A stretch of DNA of 64,000 nt from positions 176,729-240,728 of the forward strand of contig CAWFSE010000001.1 in assembly GCA_963818455.1 (NCBI GenBank), read 5' to 3'. Position 1 is the stretch's first letter, and each line of letters starts with the position of its first letter. The position numbers and the translations under genes are program-made. Shown here piece after piece: positions 51,141 to 62,079 of this stretch. Source of the DNA: an uncultured Actinomycetota bacterium. GTDB taxonomy: Bacteria; Actinomycetota; Actinomycetes; CAVWCF01. The notes below the pieces were generated by a model. The model had not been told where the DNA came from and ran no database searches. It saw only the letters and a program-made list of their open reading frames with translations.

Positions 51141-52300
51141 AGTGCCCACCCCCCGGGGCGTCGGCGAAGGACGCGAGGTACGCCCCGAACGCGGCCCGCT
51201 CCTCCTCCACGAGGGGGTGCGGGTCGGCGTACACGTGGTCGAACATCGACAGCGGCCCCGGGTCGGGCAGCGCCCGCACGCCCGCCCGCAGCCGTACGGC
51301 CAGCGCCTCCGCCTCGGCGTCGAGCGCCTCGAAGAAGCCGCCGTCGACCAGCTGCTGGCGGTGCAGGAAGGCCCGCAGCCGCTCGATCGGGTCGCGCAGC
51401 TTCCAGGCCTCGACGTCGCCGGCGAGCCGGTAGCGGGTCGGGTCGTCGGACGTCGTGTGCGCGCCCATCCGGTAGGTGAAGGCCTCGACGAGCATCGGGC
51501 CCTGGCCGTCGCGGGCCCGCGCCATCGCGTCGCGCGACACCGCGAGGGTGGCCAGCACGTCGTTGCCGTCGACCCGCACGCCCGGGAAGCCGAAGCCGGC
51601 GGCGCGGCGGTAGAGCGGGATGCGGGTCTGGCGCTCGAGCGGCTCGGAGATCGCCCACTGGTTGTTCTGGCAGAAGAAGACGACGGGGGCGTTGAAGACG
51701 CTCGCCCAGATGAACGACTCGTTGACGTCGCCCTGGCTGCTGGCGCCGTCGCCGAAGAACACCATGGTCGCGTCGCCGCCGCCGTCCCACAGCGCGCCCA
51801 TCGCGTGGCCGACCGCGTGCGGGCACTGGTCGCCGATGACGATCGTGTAGAGGGCGAAGCCGTGCTCGTGCGGGTCCCAGCCGCCGTTGGTCGTGCCCGC
51901 GGAAGAGCCCCAGCAGGGTCAGCGGGTCGACGCCGCGGCACCAGGCGACGCCGTGCTCGCGGTAGGTCGGGAAGGCGAAGTCGCCGGGCTGCATCGCGCG
52001 GCCCGCGCCGACCTGGGCGGCCTCCTGGCCGAGCAGGCTGGCCCACAGGCCGAGCTCGCCCTGGCGCTGCAGGGCGGTGGCCTCGGCGTCGATCCGGCGG
52101 ACGAGCACGAGGTCGCGGTAGAGCCCGCGGTACTCCTCGTCGGTCAGGTCGAGGGCGTAGTCGGGGTGCTCGACGCGCTCGCCCTCGGGGGTGAGCAGCT
52201 GGACGAGCTCGGGGCCGCCGTCGGCGCCGGCCGGGCTCATGCCGGGCTCCGCGGGGCTCGCGGGCACAGGCCGCACCGGCCGCGGAACGGGGATGCTCAT
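51139..52300 (-). CDS. bkdA: BCKDH E1 alpha subunit (TPP-dependent). Frame-disrupted.
   Basis: MSIPVPRPV...ELVQLLTPEGERVEHPDYALDLTDEEYRGLYRDLVLVRRIDAEATALQRQGELGLWASLLGQEAAQVGAGRAMQPGDFAFPTYREHGVAW... C-terminal half MVFFGDGASSQGDVNESFIWASVFNAPVVFFCQNNQWAISEP.. Confidence 0.85.
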
Positions 52301-52456
52301 GCGTCCTCCTCGCCGGGCCCCGCGGGCCCGCTCGTCCGGCCGGTCCGGCGGGGTGGGCCGGGCCGGGCACGTACTCGGTCGGGGCGGCCTGGTGGGCGGC
52401 CCCTGCCCGCATCCTGGCGCCTACGCTCCTTGTCGTGGACCCGCAACGGACAGCCG

Positions 52457-53924
52457 ATGGGCGGGAGATCCCGGCCGGGCGGCGGCCGGCCCGCCGCCGC
52501 GGCGGTGGCCGCGTTCGGGCTGCTGCTGCTGGCGGTCGCCGCGATCCTGCGGCTGCCGCTGGCCGGCTCGCCGCTGGTGAGCGACGAGGGCGGGTACGGG
52601 CTCGTCGCCGCGCGCTGGGCTGACGGCGAGCGGCTCTACACCGACGTCTTCGTCGACCGCCCCCAGGGCCTGCTGCTGGTCTTCCGGCTGCTCGTGGGCC
52701 TCGACGAGGGGCCGCCGACGCTGGCCGCCCGGGTCGCCGCCATGCTCGCCGCCGCCTCGATCGCCCTCGGGGCCGCGACCGCCGCGTGGGCGCTGGCCGG
52801 CCGCCGCGCGGGGGCCGCCGCGGGGCTGGCCGCCGCGTTCGCGGGGGCGGCGCCCCACCTGCGAGGGCCACGTCCTCAACGGCGAGCTCGCGGCCTCCGC
52901 GGTGTCGGTGTGGGGGGTGGCGCTCGCCTTCGTCGCGCGCCGCGACGACGCGCCCCGGCTGCTGCTGCCCGCCGGGCTGCTGGCCGCCGCGGGGTGCACG
53001 GTGAAGCAGTCCGCCGTGGACGCGGTCGCCGTGGTGGCGCTGGTGGCCGTGCTGATGCCGCGCGAACGCCGGCGGGGCGCGATCGGCTGGGCCGCGCTGG
53101 GGGTCGCCCTCCCGCTCGGGCTCTCGGCGCTGCACGGGCTGGCCACCGGGTGGGGCGCCTACTGGTACGCCGTGGTGGCGTACCGCTTCGGCCCGGCGGC
53201 CGATCCCGGCGGGCTCGGCTCCAAGGCCGACGCGCTCGCGGCCTCCGGGCCGCGGGTGCTGCTGGACCTCGGCGTGCTGCTGGCCCTGGCGGCGTTCGGC
53301 TGGGCGGGGGCGCGGTTCCGCGGCCGCCCCGACTGGCCGCTGCTGGCCTGGGTCGGGGCCTCGACCGCGGCGATCGTGCTGGGGCCGTACGCCTGGCCGC
53401 ACTACTTCCTGCAGTGGGTCGCGCCCGCGTCGGTGGGGGCGGGGCTGGCCCTCGCGCGCTGGTCGCGGCGCCGCGCGTGGGTGCTGCCGCTCGGGTTGGC
53501 CGCCGTCGCCCTGCCGGCCGTGGTGACGGCCGCGGTGTGGGCCGGGCTGCCGCCTGCGGAGCGCGACCTCGCGGCGACCGGCTCGCCGTAGGTGCTCGCC
53601 AACGAGTCGATCGCCCCCTGGCTGGCGGCCAACACCGCGCCCGGCGACGAGGTCTACGCGCTGGCCGCGTCCGCCGACGTGTACCTCAAGGCCGGGCGCA
53701 CCACCGCGTACCCGTACCTGTGGTGGGCCAACATCCGCTACGTGCCGTCGGCCCTGCCCGACCTGCGCGCCTACCTCGGCGGCCCAGGCGCGCCGCAGTG
53801 GGTGGTCGTCTACCAGGACCCGCGGCTCGTCGACCCGACCGGCGAGGTCGCCCGGCTGCTCGACGAGCGGTACGAGCCGGCGGCGGTGGTCGCCGGGCGG
53901 AGCGTGCTGCGCCTGCGCACGTAG
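52457..53924 (+). CDS. GT-C-fold membrane glycosyltransferase (PMT/ArnT GT39/GT83-like), about 490 aa. Frame-disrupted.
   Basis: ..LVSDEGGYGLVAARWADGERLYTDVFVDRPQGLLLVFRLLVGL.., many TM helices, and a periplasmic C-terminal domain ..YVPSALPDLRAYLGGPGAPQWVVVYQDPRL... The start is uncertain (ATG 52457 or GTG 52435). Confidence 0.55.
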
Positions 53925-53936
53925 GCTGGCGCGACC

Positions 53937-54269
53937 GTGAGCGCGCCCCTCCGCCGGACCCGACCGGTGCTGGCCGCGCGTCACCCTGGCGTCGGTCGCC
54001 GCCGGCCTCGGCGGCTGCTACTCCGGCTCCGCCGAGGAGCGGTTCTTCCAGGCGCTCAACGGGGCCGACCTGTCCACCGAGCAGCGCAACGAGCTGCTGT
54101 CGCTCGGCGAGGACGCCTGCGAGGACGTACGCGGCGGCGCCGACCCGGCCGAGGCGGCCCGCCGCACGGCCGAGCGCGTCGCCGACACCCCCGACCTCGA
54201 GGTCACCGACCTCGGCGCCGCCCAGCTGGCGTCGGCCGCCGTCCGCTACCTGTGCCCCGACGCCGGCTA
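53937..54269 (+). CDS. DUF732-like lipoprotein (about 110 aa). Frameshift inside the signal peptide.
   Basis: VSAPLRRTRPVLAA..(frame change)..VTLASVAAGLGGCYSGSAEERFFQALNGADLSTEQRNELLSLGEDACEDVRGGADPAEAARRTAERVADTPDLEVTDLGAAQLASAAVRYLCPDAG*. LGGC lipobox and two further Cys. Confidence 0.5.
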
Positions 54270-54291
54270 GCGATCCCGTACGGTCGGCCGG

Positions 54292-55108
54292 GTGAGCACG
54301 TTCGCGGCGGCGACCGCCGTCCGCGCCCTGGAACCCGGCCGCTACGGCGTCGACATCGACCCCGGGTGGGCCAGCGGCTCCCGACCCAACGGGGGCTACG
54401 TCCTGGCGGCGGCGGCCCGCGCCGCGCTGGCGGCCGCGGAGGCGGCCGGCGCCGACCACCCGCACGCGGTCGCGACCACCGCCCATTTCCTCAGCCCGCC
54501 CGACCACGGGCCGGCCGAGGTGGACACCGAGGTGCTGCGCACCGGGCGCACCGCCACGACCGTGCGGTTCACGCTCCGCCAGGGGACGTCGCATCCGGGT
54601 GGTCGGGCACCTGACCGCGGGCCGCCTCGCGGGCCACGCCCCCGAGTGGCAGCGCGACCCCGAGCCCCCGGCCCTTCGCCCCGAGGCCGAGTGCGTGGCC
54701 TCGTCGTCGCAGACCCCGATGGGGTCGATCCCGCTGCTCGACCAGGTGCGGGTCTCGATGGACCCCGACCACCTGGGCTGGGCCGTCGGCCGGCCGGCGG
54801 GCCGCCTCGAGATGCTGGCCTGGATGAGCCCCGCGGAGGGCGTGCTCGACGACCCACTGTTCGCGCTCGTCGCCGTCGACACGATGCCCCCGACCCCCTG
54901 GGACCTCCGCCCGGTCGGCTGGACCCCGACCGTGGAGCTGACCGCCCACCTGCGCGCGATTCCGGCCCCCGGCGCGCTGCGCGTGCGCGCCCAGGCGACA
55001 CTCATCGCCGATGGATGGTTCGATGAGGACGCCGAGGTGTGGGACTCCGCCGGCCGGCTCGTCGCCCGTTCCCGTCAGATCTGCCGCATCCAGGAGGCTT
55101 CCGCGTGA
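54292..55108 (+). CDS. Hotdog-fold acyl-CoA thioesterase-like protein (double-hotdog, about 270 aa). Frame-disrupted once.
   Basis: ..[51 protein letters not shown].. and second half ..[38 protein letters not shown]... The stop overlaps the devR-like GTG (GTGA). Confidence 0.55.
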
Positions 55109-55761
55109 CCGACCAGCGCATCTCGGTGTTCCTGCTCGACGACCACGAGGTCGTCCGCCGGGGGCTGCACGAGCTGCTCACCCTCGAGGGCGACCTCGAT
55201 GTGGTGGGCGAGGCCGGCTCCGCCGCCGACGCCATCCGCCGGATCCCGCTGGTCAAGCCCGACGTCGCCGTGCTCGACGTGCGGCTGCCGGACGGCTCCG
55301 GCGTCGAGGTCTGCCGCGAGGTGCACGACCTGTCGCCCACCACCCGCTGCCTGATGCTCACCTCGTACGCCGACGACGAGGCGCTCTTCGACGCGATCAT
55401 GGCCGGGGCCGCGGGCTACGTGCTCAAGGACATCCGGGGCACCGACCTGATCGACGCGATCCGCGCGGTCGCCGCGGGCCGCTCGCTGCTGGACCCCTCG
55501 GCGACCTCGCGCGTGTTGGAGCGGCTGCGCACCGGCCGGCCCCACGACCCGCGCCTGGACGCGCTCACCGACCAGGAGCGCCGGATCCTCGACCTGATCG
55601 GCGAGGGGCTGACCAACCGGCAGATCGGCGAGCGCCTGCACCTGGCCGAGAAGACCGTGAAGAACTACGTGTCCTCGCTGCTGGCCAAGCTCGGCATGGA
55701 GCGGCGCACCCAGGCCGCGGCGTTCGTCGTCCGGCTCGAGGAGCGCGGCGAGACGATGTAG
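55105..55761 (+). CDS. devR: NarL/LuxR-family response regulator, DevR/DosR-like. Intact.
   Basis: [64 protein letters not shown] (receiver). [44 protein letters not shown] (LuxR HTH). Confidence 0.85.
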   Translation: MTDQRISVFLLDDHEVVRRGLHELLTLEGDLDVVGEAGSAADAIRRIPLVKPDVAVLDVRLPDGSGVEVCREVHDLSPTTRCLMLTSYADDEALFDAIMAGAAGYVLKDIRGTDLIDAIRAVAAGRSLLDPSATSRVLERLRTGRPHDPRLDALTDQERRILDLIGEGLTNRQIGERLHLAEKTVKNYVSSLLAKLGMERRTQAAAFVVRLEERGETM

Positions 55762-55792
55762 TAGGGCCGGGCCGACGCGGCGCGCGCGCGGC

Positions 55793-57485
55793 TCAGCCGA
55801 GCGGCGCGCGCCACAGCAGCCGCAGCCCCGGGCGCTCGACCGACTCGCTCAGCGTCTCGAACGCCAGCGAGCCGCCCGCGCCCTCGGCGCGCGCCTGCAG
55901 GTTGGCCAGGCCGGAGCGGCGGGTGCTGCGGCCGAGCCCGACGCCGTCGTCGGACACCTGGAGCACCACCTCGCCGTTGGCCACCGACAGCGAGACGTGG
56001 GCCCACTCCGCGCCCGAGTGCCGGGCGGTGTTCGACAGCGCCTCGCGGATCGCGGCCACCAGGTGCCCGGCGAGGTCCCCGGAGACCAGCGAGTCGATCG
56101 GGCCGCCGAACTGCACGACCGGCGCGAAACCGAGCGAGGACTGGGCCGAGGCGACCTCGCGCAGCACCTGGCCGCGCAGCCCGGTGGGCTTCTGCGACTC
56201 CGACTCCTTGAGCGCGAAGATGGTCTGCCGGACCTCCACGATCGTCTCGTCGAGGTCGTCGATGGAGCGGGAGATCCGCCCCGCGGCCTCGGGCGGCAGC
56301 TCGGCGCCGCGCAGCGCGCCCTGCAGCGTCATCCCGGTGGCGAACAGCCGCTGGATGACCAGGTCGTGCAGGTCGCGGGCGATCCGGTCGCGGTCCTCGT
56401 ACACCGCGAGCCGCTCGCGCTCGCGCTGGGCCCCGCCCAGCACGATCGCCAGCGCCGCCTGCCGGGCGAAGGTCTCGACCGCCGACACCTCGACCTGGCT
56501 GGGCCGGGCCCGCCCGCGCGCGTGGGCCAGCAGCAGCACGCCCAGCGGCCGGGCGTCGGCCACCAGCAGCTCGTAGATCGCCCAGTGGTAGCGCTCGGAG
56601 AGCACCGCGAGGTTCTCCACCTCGGCCAGGTCCAGCACGGCGGCGCTGCGCTCCGGGTCGTACAGCTGGGCGGCCGCGGTGTTGCCGGGCAGCCGCAGGC
56701 CCACGATCCCGGCGGCGGCGCCGTCCGACAGCGTGCCGGCGGCGTGCTCGACCACCAGGTCGCCCCGCGCGTCGGGCAGCGCGAGCATCGCCAGGTCGGC
56801 GTCGACGACCTCGAGCGCGCGTACGGCGATCAGCTCGAGCACATCGGGGGTCGAGGCCCCGGACAGCACGGCGGTGTCGATGTCGGACGCCGCCTGCGCC
56901 GCGCGCCCCCACTGCTGGGCCTGCGCGTACAGCCGGGCGTTCTCGACGGCCACCCCGGCGGCCGCCGCGAGGGCGACGACGGCGTCCTCGTCGGCCTGGG
57001 TGAAGCCGCCGCCCCCGGCCTTCTCGGTGAGGTAGAGGTTGCCGAAGGCCTGCCCGCGGACCGGCACGGGCACGCCCAGGAAGGAGCGCATCGGCGGGTG
57101 CCCGGGCGGGAAGCCCACCGAGGCGGGGTGCGTCGCCAGGTCGTCGAGCCGCAGCGGCCCCTCGCCGTCGCCGAGGAGCAGCCCCAGCACGCCGCGGCCC
57201 TCGGGCAGCGGGCCGATCCGCTCGACGACCTCGTCCGGCATGCCGGTGTGCACGAACTCGCTGAGCTGGCCGTCCTCGCCGAGCACGCCGAGCGCGGCGT
57301 ACCGCGCGCCGGCCAGGGCGGCCGCCGAGGTGACGATGCGGCGCAGGATGGTGCCGAGCTCCAGGCCCGGAGCCGATGCCGACCACGGCCTCGAGCACCG
57401 AGGGGCCCGGGACGGCGCTCGGGGTCGTGGACGAGATCGCGCCCGCCGCGCTCAGCGTCTCGCCGCCGGGGGACTCGTCGCTCAC
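55793..57485 (-). CDS. devS: GAF-GAF-HisKA_3-HATPase sensor histidine kinase, DevS/DosS/DosT-like. Frame-disrupted near the N-terminus.
   Basis: Two GAF domains (..RYAALGVLGEDGQLSEFVHTGMPDEVV...GNLYLTEKAGGGGFTQADEDAVVALAAAAGVAVENARLYAQ.. and ..LALPDARGDLVVEHAAG..). His-box ..RDRIARDLHDLVIQRLFATGMTLQ... ATPase ..LSNTARHSGAEWAHVSLSVANGEVVLQVSDDGVGL... GTG start overlaps the cydC stop. Confidence 0.85.
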
Positions 57486-59309
57486 CCGCGGGAGCCTAGG
57501 CGGCGGCCGGCCCCGCCCGCCGCGCCGGGAGGCGGGCGTGCCGGCGGAGCGCTAGGGAGGGAGCCCGCCTCGGCCTCGCGGGCCAGCAGCGCCGCGTACG
57601 GCCCGCCCGCCGCCGGCCAGGGCGCGCCGGGGTGCCGCGCTCGACCACGGCTCCGCCGTCCAGCACGACGATCTCGTCGCAGTCGCCCAGCCCGGCCAGC
57701 CGGTGGCTGATCACCAGCACCGCGCGGTCCTGGGTGACGGCCAGCAGGTCGGCCATCAGCGCGTCGCCCGTCTCGGTGTCGAGGTGCTCGCCGGGCTCGT
57801 CGAGCACCACCACCGGGCGGTCGGCGAGCAGCAGCCGGGCCAGGGCGAGCCGCTGCCGCTGCCCGCCGGACAGCCGGGCGCCGTGCTCGCCGACCCGGGT
57901 CTGCAGGCCGAGCGGCAGCGCGTCCACCCACTCCAGCAGGCGGGCCCCGCGCAGCGCCTCGCGCAGCGCCGCCGGCGAGGCCTCCGGGTCGGCGACCCGC
58001 AGGTTCTCCTCGATCGTGGTGTCGAAGACGTGGGCGTCCTGCTGCAGCAGCCCCACCACGGAGCGCAGCTCGTCCCCGCCCGCCCGCTCGCCCTCGACCC
58101 AGGCGCCCGCCGCCGCGGACCCCACCGCGACCCGCCCGGACGAGGGGGCCAGGAAGCGCATCAGCAGCGCCGCGGTCGTCGACTTGCCCGAGCCGCTGGC
58201 CCCGACCAGGCCGATCCGGCGGCCGGGCGTCAGGGTGAGGTCGAGGCCGCGCAGGGCCTCCGCCTGCGCCCCGGCCAACGGGCGCCCGCCCCGACCAGCC
58301 GGACCGCGTCGGCCCCCGCAGGCAGCGGCGCGGGCTCGTCCGGCTCGGTCAGCGGAGGCTCGGCGTCCAGCACCGCGAAGACCCGGCGGGCCGCCGCGAC
58401 CGCCGCGTCGGCCTGCTGGGCCGCCGAGGTCAGCGGGGCCACGACGTCGAACGCCGCCAGCGGCAGCAGCACGACCACGGCGAGCATGACCCCGTCGAGC
58501 GAGCCGTCGCGCACGGCGGACGTCCCCGCGACCAGGCAGGCCACGACGGTCAGCCCGCACACCGCGGCCTGCAGGGCCGAGCCCAGGCCGAGGCCCCACG
58601 CGACCCGGCGCTCACGCCCGGCCAGCACCTGGTCCTCGGCGGCGAGCCGGTCCAGCCGGATCCCCGCCGTGCCGGCGGCGAGCAGCTCGGGCGCGGCCTG
58701 CAGCACCTCGACGACGGAGGCCGACCGCCGGCCGCGGTCGGCGGCCAGCGCCGACTCGGCCCGGCGCGAGGTGGCCGCCGACAGCGCGGGCACCGCGATC
58801 CCGGCCACGAGCAGCCCGGCGGCCAGCGCCAGGCCGGCCCACGGCGACAGCCACCCGACCACGCCGACGCAGCCGGCCGAGATGATCCCCGCGATCGCGT
58901 ACGGCGGGATGACCCGCAGGTAGACCTCCTGCAGCGCGTCCACGTCGGCGACGAGCCGGGCGAGCAGGTCGCCGCTGCGGTACGCAGGCAGGCCGGCCGG
59001 CGCCAGCGGCTCAAGCCGGCGGTACAGCGAGACCCGGAGGTCGGCGAGCACCCGGAAGGCCGCGTCGTGGCCGACGACCCGCTCGGTGTAGCGGAAGACG
59101 CCGCGGCTGATCCCGAAGAACCGCACCGCGACGATCGCGACCGTCAGGTCGAGGATCGGCGGCTGCTGCGAGGCCTTGCTGATGAGGTACGCCGAGGTGC
59201 CGGTCAGCGCGACGGCGGCGCCGGCCGCCAGCACCCCGAGGAGGGTGGCCAGCGACAGCCGCCGGGCCTCGGGCCGGGCGATCCGCAGCAGCCGCAGGAG
59301 CTCGCTCAC
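57482..59309 (-). CDS. cydC: ABC transporter CydC (cysteine/glutathione exporter needed for cytochrome bd assembly). Frame-disrupted.
   Basis: TM domain [92 protein letters not shown]... NBD ..[17 protein letters not shown].. [38 protein letters not shown]... Confidence 0.8.
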
Positions 59310-61030
59310 GGCAGCACCCCCAGGGCTGGCGCGCCCTCGGGGACCTCGAGCCGGACCACCCGGTCGGCGAAGGCGACCAGGGCCGGGCGGTGGGCCACGA
59401 CCACGACCGTGCGGCCCGCGGCGTGGCGGCGCAGGGCGGCCAGGACGTCGGCCTCGGTCTCGCCGTCCAGGCCGGCGGTGGGCTCGTCGAGCAGCAGCAG
59501 GCCCGCGTCGCGGACGAGCGCGCGGGCCAGCGCCACCCGCTGCCGCTGGCCGGCCGACAGGCCCGACGCCGGCCTCGCCGAGGACGGTCTGCGGGCCGGC
59601 CGGGCCCAGCTCGGCCAGCACCCCGGCGGCGTCGAGGGCCGCGGCGACCTGGGCGTCGGTGGCCTCCGGGCGGCCGAGCCGGACGTTGTCGGCGACGGTG
59701 CCGGCGAGCAGCCGCGGAGCCTGCGGCACCCAGGCGATCTGCGCGCGCCAGGAGTCCAGGTCGAGCGCGCCGAGGTCGACGCCGCCGACCGAGACCCGCG
59801 CCCTCGTCCGGGGTCGAGGAAGCCCAGCAGCACCGCCAGCAGGGTGGACTTCCCGGCGCCGCTGGGCCCGGCGATCGCCAGCACCTCGCCGGGGCGGATC
59901 TCCAGGTCGAGCCCGGCAAGAGCCGGCGCGTCGCGCCCGGGGCGGCGCACGGTGACGCCGCTCAGCCGGATCGCGGTCGCGCGCCGGGTCGGGCGCCGCG
60001 AGGCCGGGCCCGTCCGCGGCGCCGGTCGCGAGCGGGCAGCGGCTCGTCCAGCACCTCGAAGGCGCGGGCCGCGGCGGCCATCCCCTCCTGGCTGGCGTGG
60101 AAGTGCAGGCCGACCTGGCGCAGCGGCAGGTACGCCTCGGGGGCCAGCAGGATCACCAGCAGCCCGGTCTGCAGGTCGAGCGAGCCGCCGACCAGCCGCA
60201 CGCCGATCTCGACGGCGACCAGCGCCACCGAGATCGTCGCGAGCAGCTCGAGCACCAGCGAGGAGAGGAACGAGATGCGCAGCACGCCCATGGTCTGCGC
60301 GGCGGTACGCGTCGCCCACCTCGGCGACCCCGCGCGGCCTGGCCCTTGGCCCGGCCGAAGGCCTTGAGCGTCGGCAGCCCGGCCACCACGTCGAGGAAGT
60401 GCCCGCCCAGCGTCTCCAGCGAGGCCCACTGGCGCTGGGTCTGCCGCTGCGTGGACCAGCCGACCAGCACCATGAAGACCGGGATGAGCGGCACGGTGAC
60501 CGCGACGACCACGGCGCGGTCAGCGGGTCTGGCCAGGGCCAGCACCACGACGACGGTCGGCCGGGATGATCGCGGCGAGCACGAGCTGCGGCAGGTAGCG
60601 GGCGAAGTACGCGTCGAGGGCGTCCAGGCCGCGGGTGGCGAGCACCGCCAGGTCGCCCGTGCGCCGCCCGGACTGCCAGGCCGGGCCCAGCGCGACCGCG
60701 TGGGCCAGCAGGCCCTGCCGCAGCTCGGCCTTGACCGCGGCGGCGGATCGGGCGGCGACGACGTCCTGCGCGCCGGCGATCAGGGCCCGGGCCGCGGTGA
60801 CCGCGAGCAGGCCGACGACCGCCGGGGTGAGGTCCGCGACGCCGGCGCCGTCCTGGAACGCCGCGGTGATCGCCCAGGCGAGCAGGACGGCCTGGCGCGA
60901 GCACCGCCGCGGCCGTCGCCACGCCCAGCAGCACCGACGCGACGAGGTACGCCCGCGTGGAGCGGGCGTACCTCGTCAGGCGCGGGTCGAACGGCCGGGC
61001 CGCCGGTGATCCGCCGGCGGTCCGGGTCAC
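59306..61030 (-). CDS. cydD: ABC transporter CydD. Frame-disrupted.
   Basis: [45 protein letters not shown].. TM domain. NBD ..[24 protein letters not shown].. [43 protein letters not shown]... The stop overlaps the cydC GTG. Confidence 0.8.
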   Translation of the reverse strand: MTRTAGGSPAARPFDPRLTRYARSTRAYLVASVLLGVATAAAVLAPGRPARLGDHRGVPGRRRRRGPHPGGRRPARGHRGPGPDRRRAGRRRRPIRRRGQGRAAAGPAGPRGRAGPGLAVRAAHGRPGGARHPRPGRPRRVLRPLPAAARARRDHPGRPSSWCWPWPDPLTAPWSSRSPCRSSRSSWCWSAGPRSGRPSASGPRWRRWAGTSSTWWPGCRRSRPSAGPRARPRGVAEVGDAYRRADHGRAAHLVPLLAGARAARDDLGGAGRRRDRRAAGRRLARPADRAAGDPAGPRGVPAAAPGRPALPRQPGGDGRRGPRLRGAGRAAARSRPAPRTGPASRRPTRRATAIRLSGVTVRRPGRDAPALAGLDLEIRPGEVLAIAGPSGAGKSTLLAVLLGFLDPGRGRGSRSAASTSARSTWTPGARRSPGCRRLRGCSPAPSPTTSGSAARRPPTPRSPRPSTPPGCWPSWARPARRPSSARPASGLSAGQRQRVALARALVRDAGLLLLDEPTAGLDGETEADVLAALRRHAAGRTVVVVAHRPALVAFADRVVRLEVPEGAPALGVLP

Positions 61031-61034
61031 CGCC

Positions 61035-62067
61035 TCAGGCTACGGGGACCGGCGGCGGCTGCTCGGCCGGCAGGTGGTGGGTGCCGATCCGCTTGCGGAA
61101 GACCCAGAACGACCAGGCCTGGTAGGCCAGCACGATCGGCACCATGATCAACGCCACCCAGGTCATGATCTGCAGGGTGTAGTCGGTCGACGAGGCGTTG
61201 GCGATGGTCAGGCTGTAGTCCGGGTTCGTCGTGCTCGGCATGACGTTCGGGTAGAGCGTCGCGAAGAGCGTGACGACGGCGAGCAGGATGGTCAGCCCGG
61301 TGAGCGAGAAGGCCCAGCCCTCGCGCTTGGCCCGGCTCGCGGCCAGGGCCGCGAGCAGCGCCACGGCCGCCAGCACCGCGGTGATCCAGGTGAGCGTCTT
61401 GCCCGCGTCCAGCAGCGTCCAGCCCAGGAAGAGCACCGCGGCGACCGCCGTGGCCAGGCCCACCTTCGGGCGCCAGCGCGTTGGCCCGGTCGCGCACGTC
61501 GCCGACGGTCTTCAGCGCGAGGAACATCGCGCCGTGCGTCGTGAACAGGCCCAGCGTGACGAGCCCGCCGAGCAGGGCGTACGGGTTGAGCAGGTAGAAG
61601 AACCCGCCCGTGTAGGTGCCGGCCTCGTCGATCGGCACGCCGTGCACGATGTTGGCGAAGGCCACGCCCCACAGCAGCGCGGGCACCAGCGAGCCGATGA
61701 TGATGGCCCAGTCCCAGCGCGACCGCCAGGCCGCGTCGTCCTTCTTGCCGCGGTACTCGAACGCGACCCCGCGCACGATCAGCGCGACCAGGATGAGCAG
61801 CAGCGGCAGGTAGAAGCCGCTGAACAGGGTGGCGTACCACTCGGGGAACGCCGCGAACATCGCGCCGCCCGCGGTGAGCAGCCACACCTCGTTGCCGTCC
61901 CAGACCGGGCCGATGGTGTTGATCATGACCCGGCGGTCGGCGTCGGACTTGCCGATCACGGGCAGCAGGATCCCGACGCCGAAGTCGAAGCCCTCCAGGA
62001 AGAAGTAGCCGATCCAGAGCACCGCGATGAGCACGAACCACAGGACGGCGAGGTCCAAGCCGAACAT
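61035..62067 (-). CDS. cydB: Cytochrome bd ubiquinol oxidase subunit II. Frame-disrupted once.
   Basis: [82 protein letters not shown]... C-terminus ..[65 protein letters not shown].. Confidence 0.85.
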
Positions 62068-62079
62068 CTCGGGCTCCTC

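Noticed and set aside
49788-53984. 1398-aa ORF on the minus strand.
   Set aside because: It runs out of frame or antisense across the E2/E1beta/E1alpha and glycosyltransferase genes. The composition is Arg/Pro/Gly/Ala-rich and typical of stop-poor frames in >70% GC DNA. Only a short N-terminal stretch (MAEQVRVFAMPDAGEG..) coincides with the real E2 frame.
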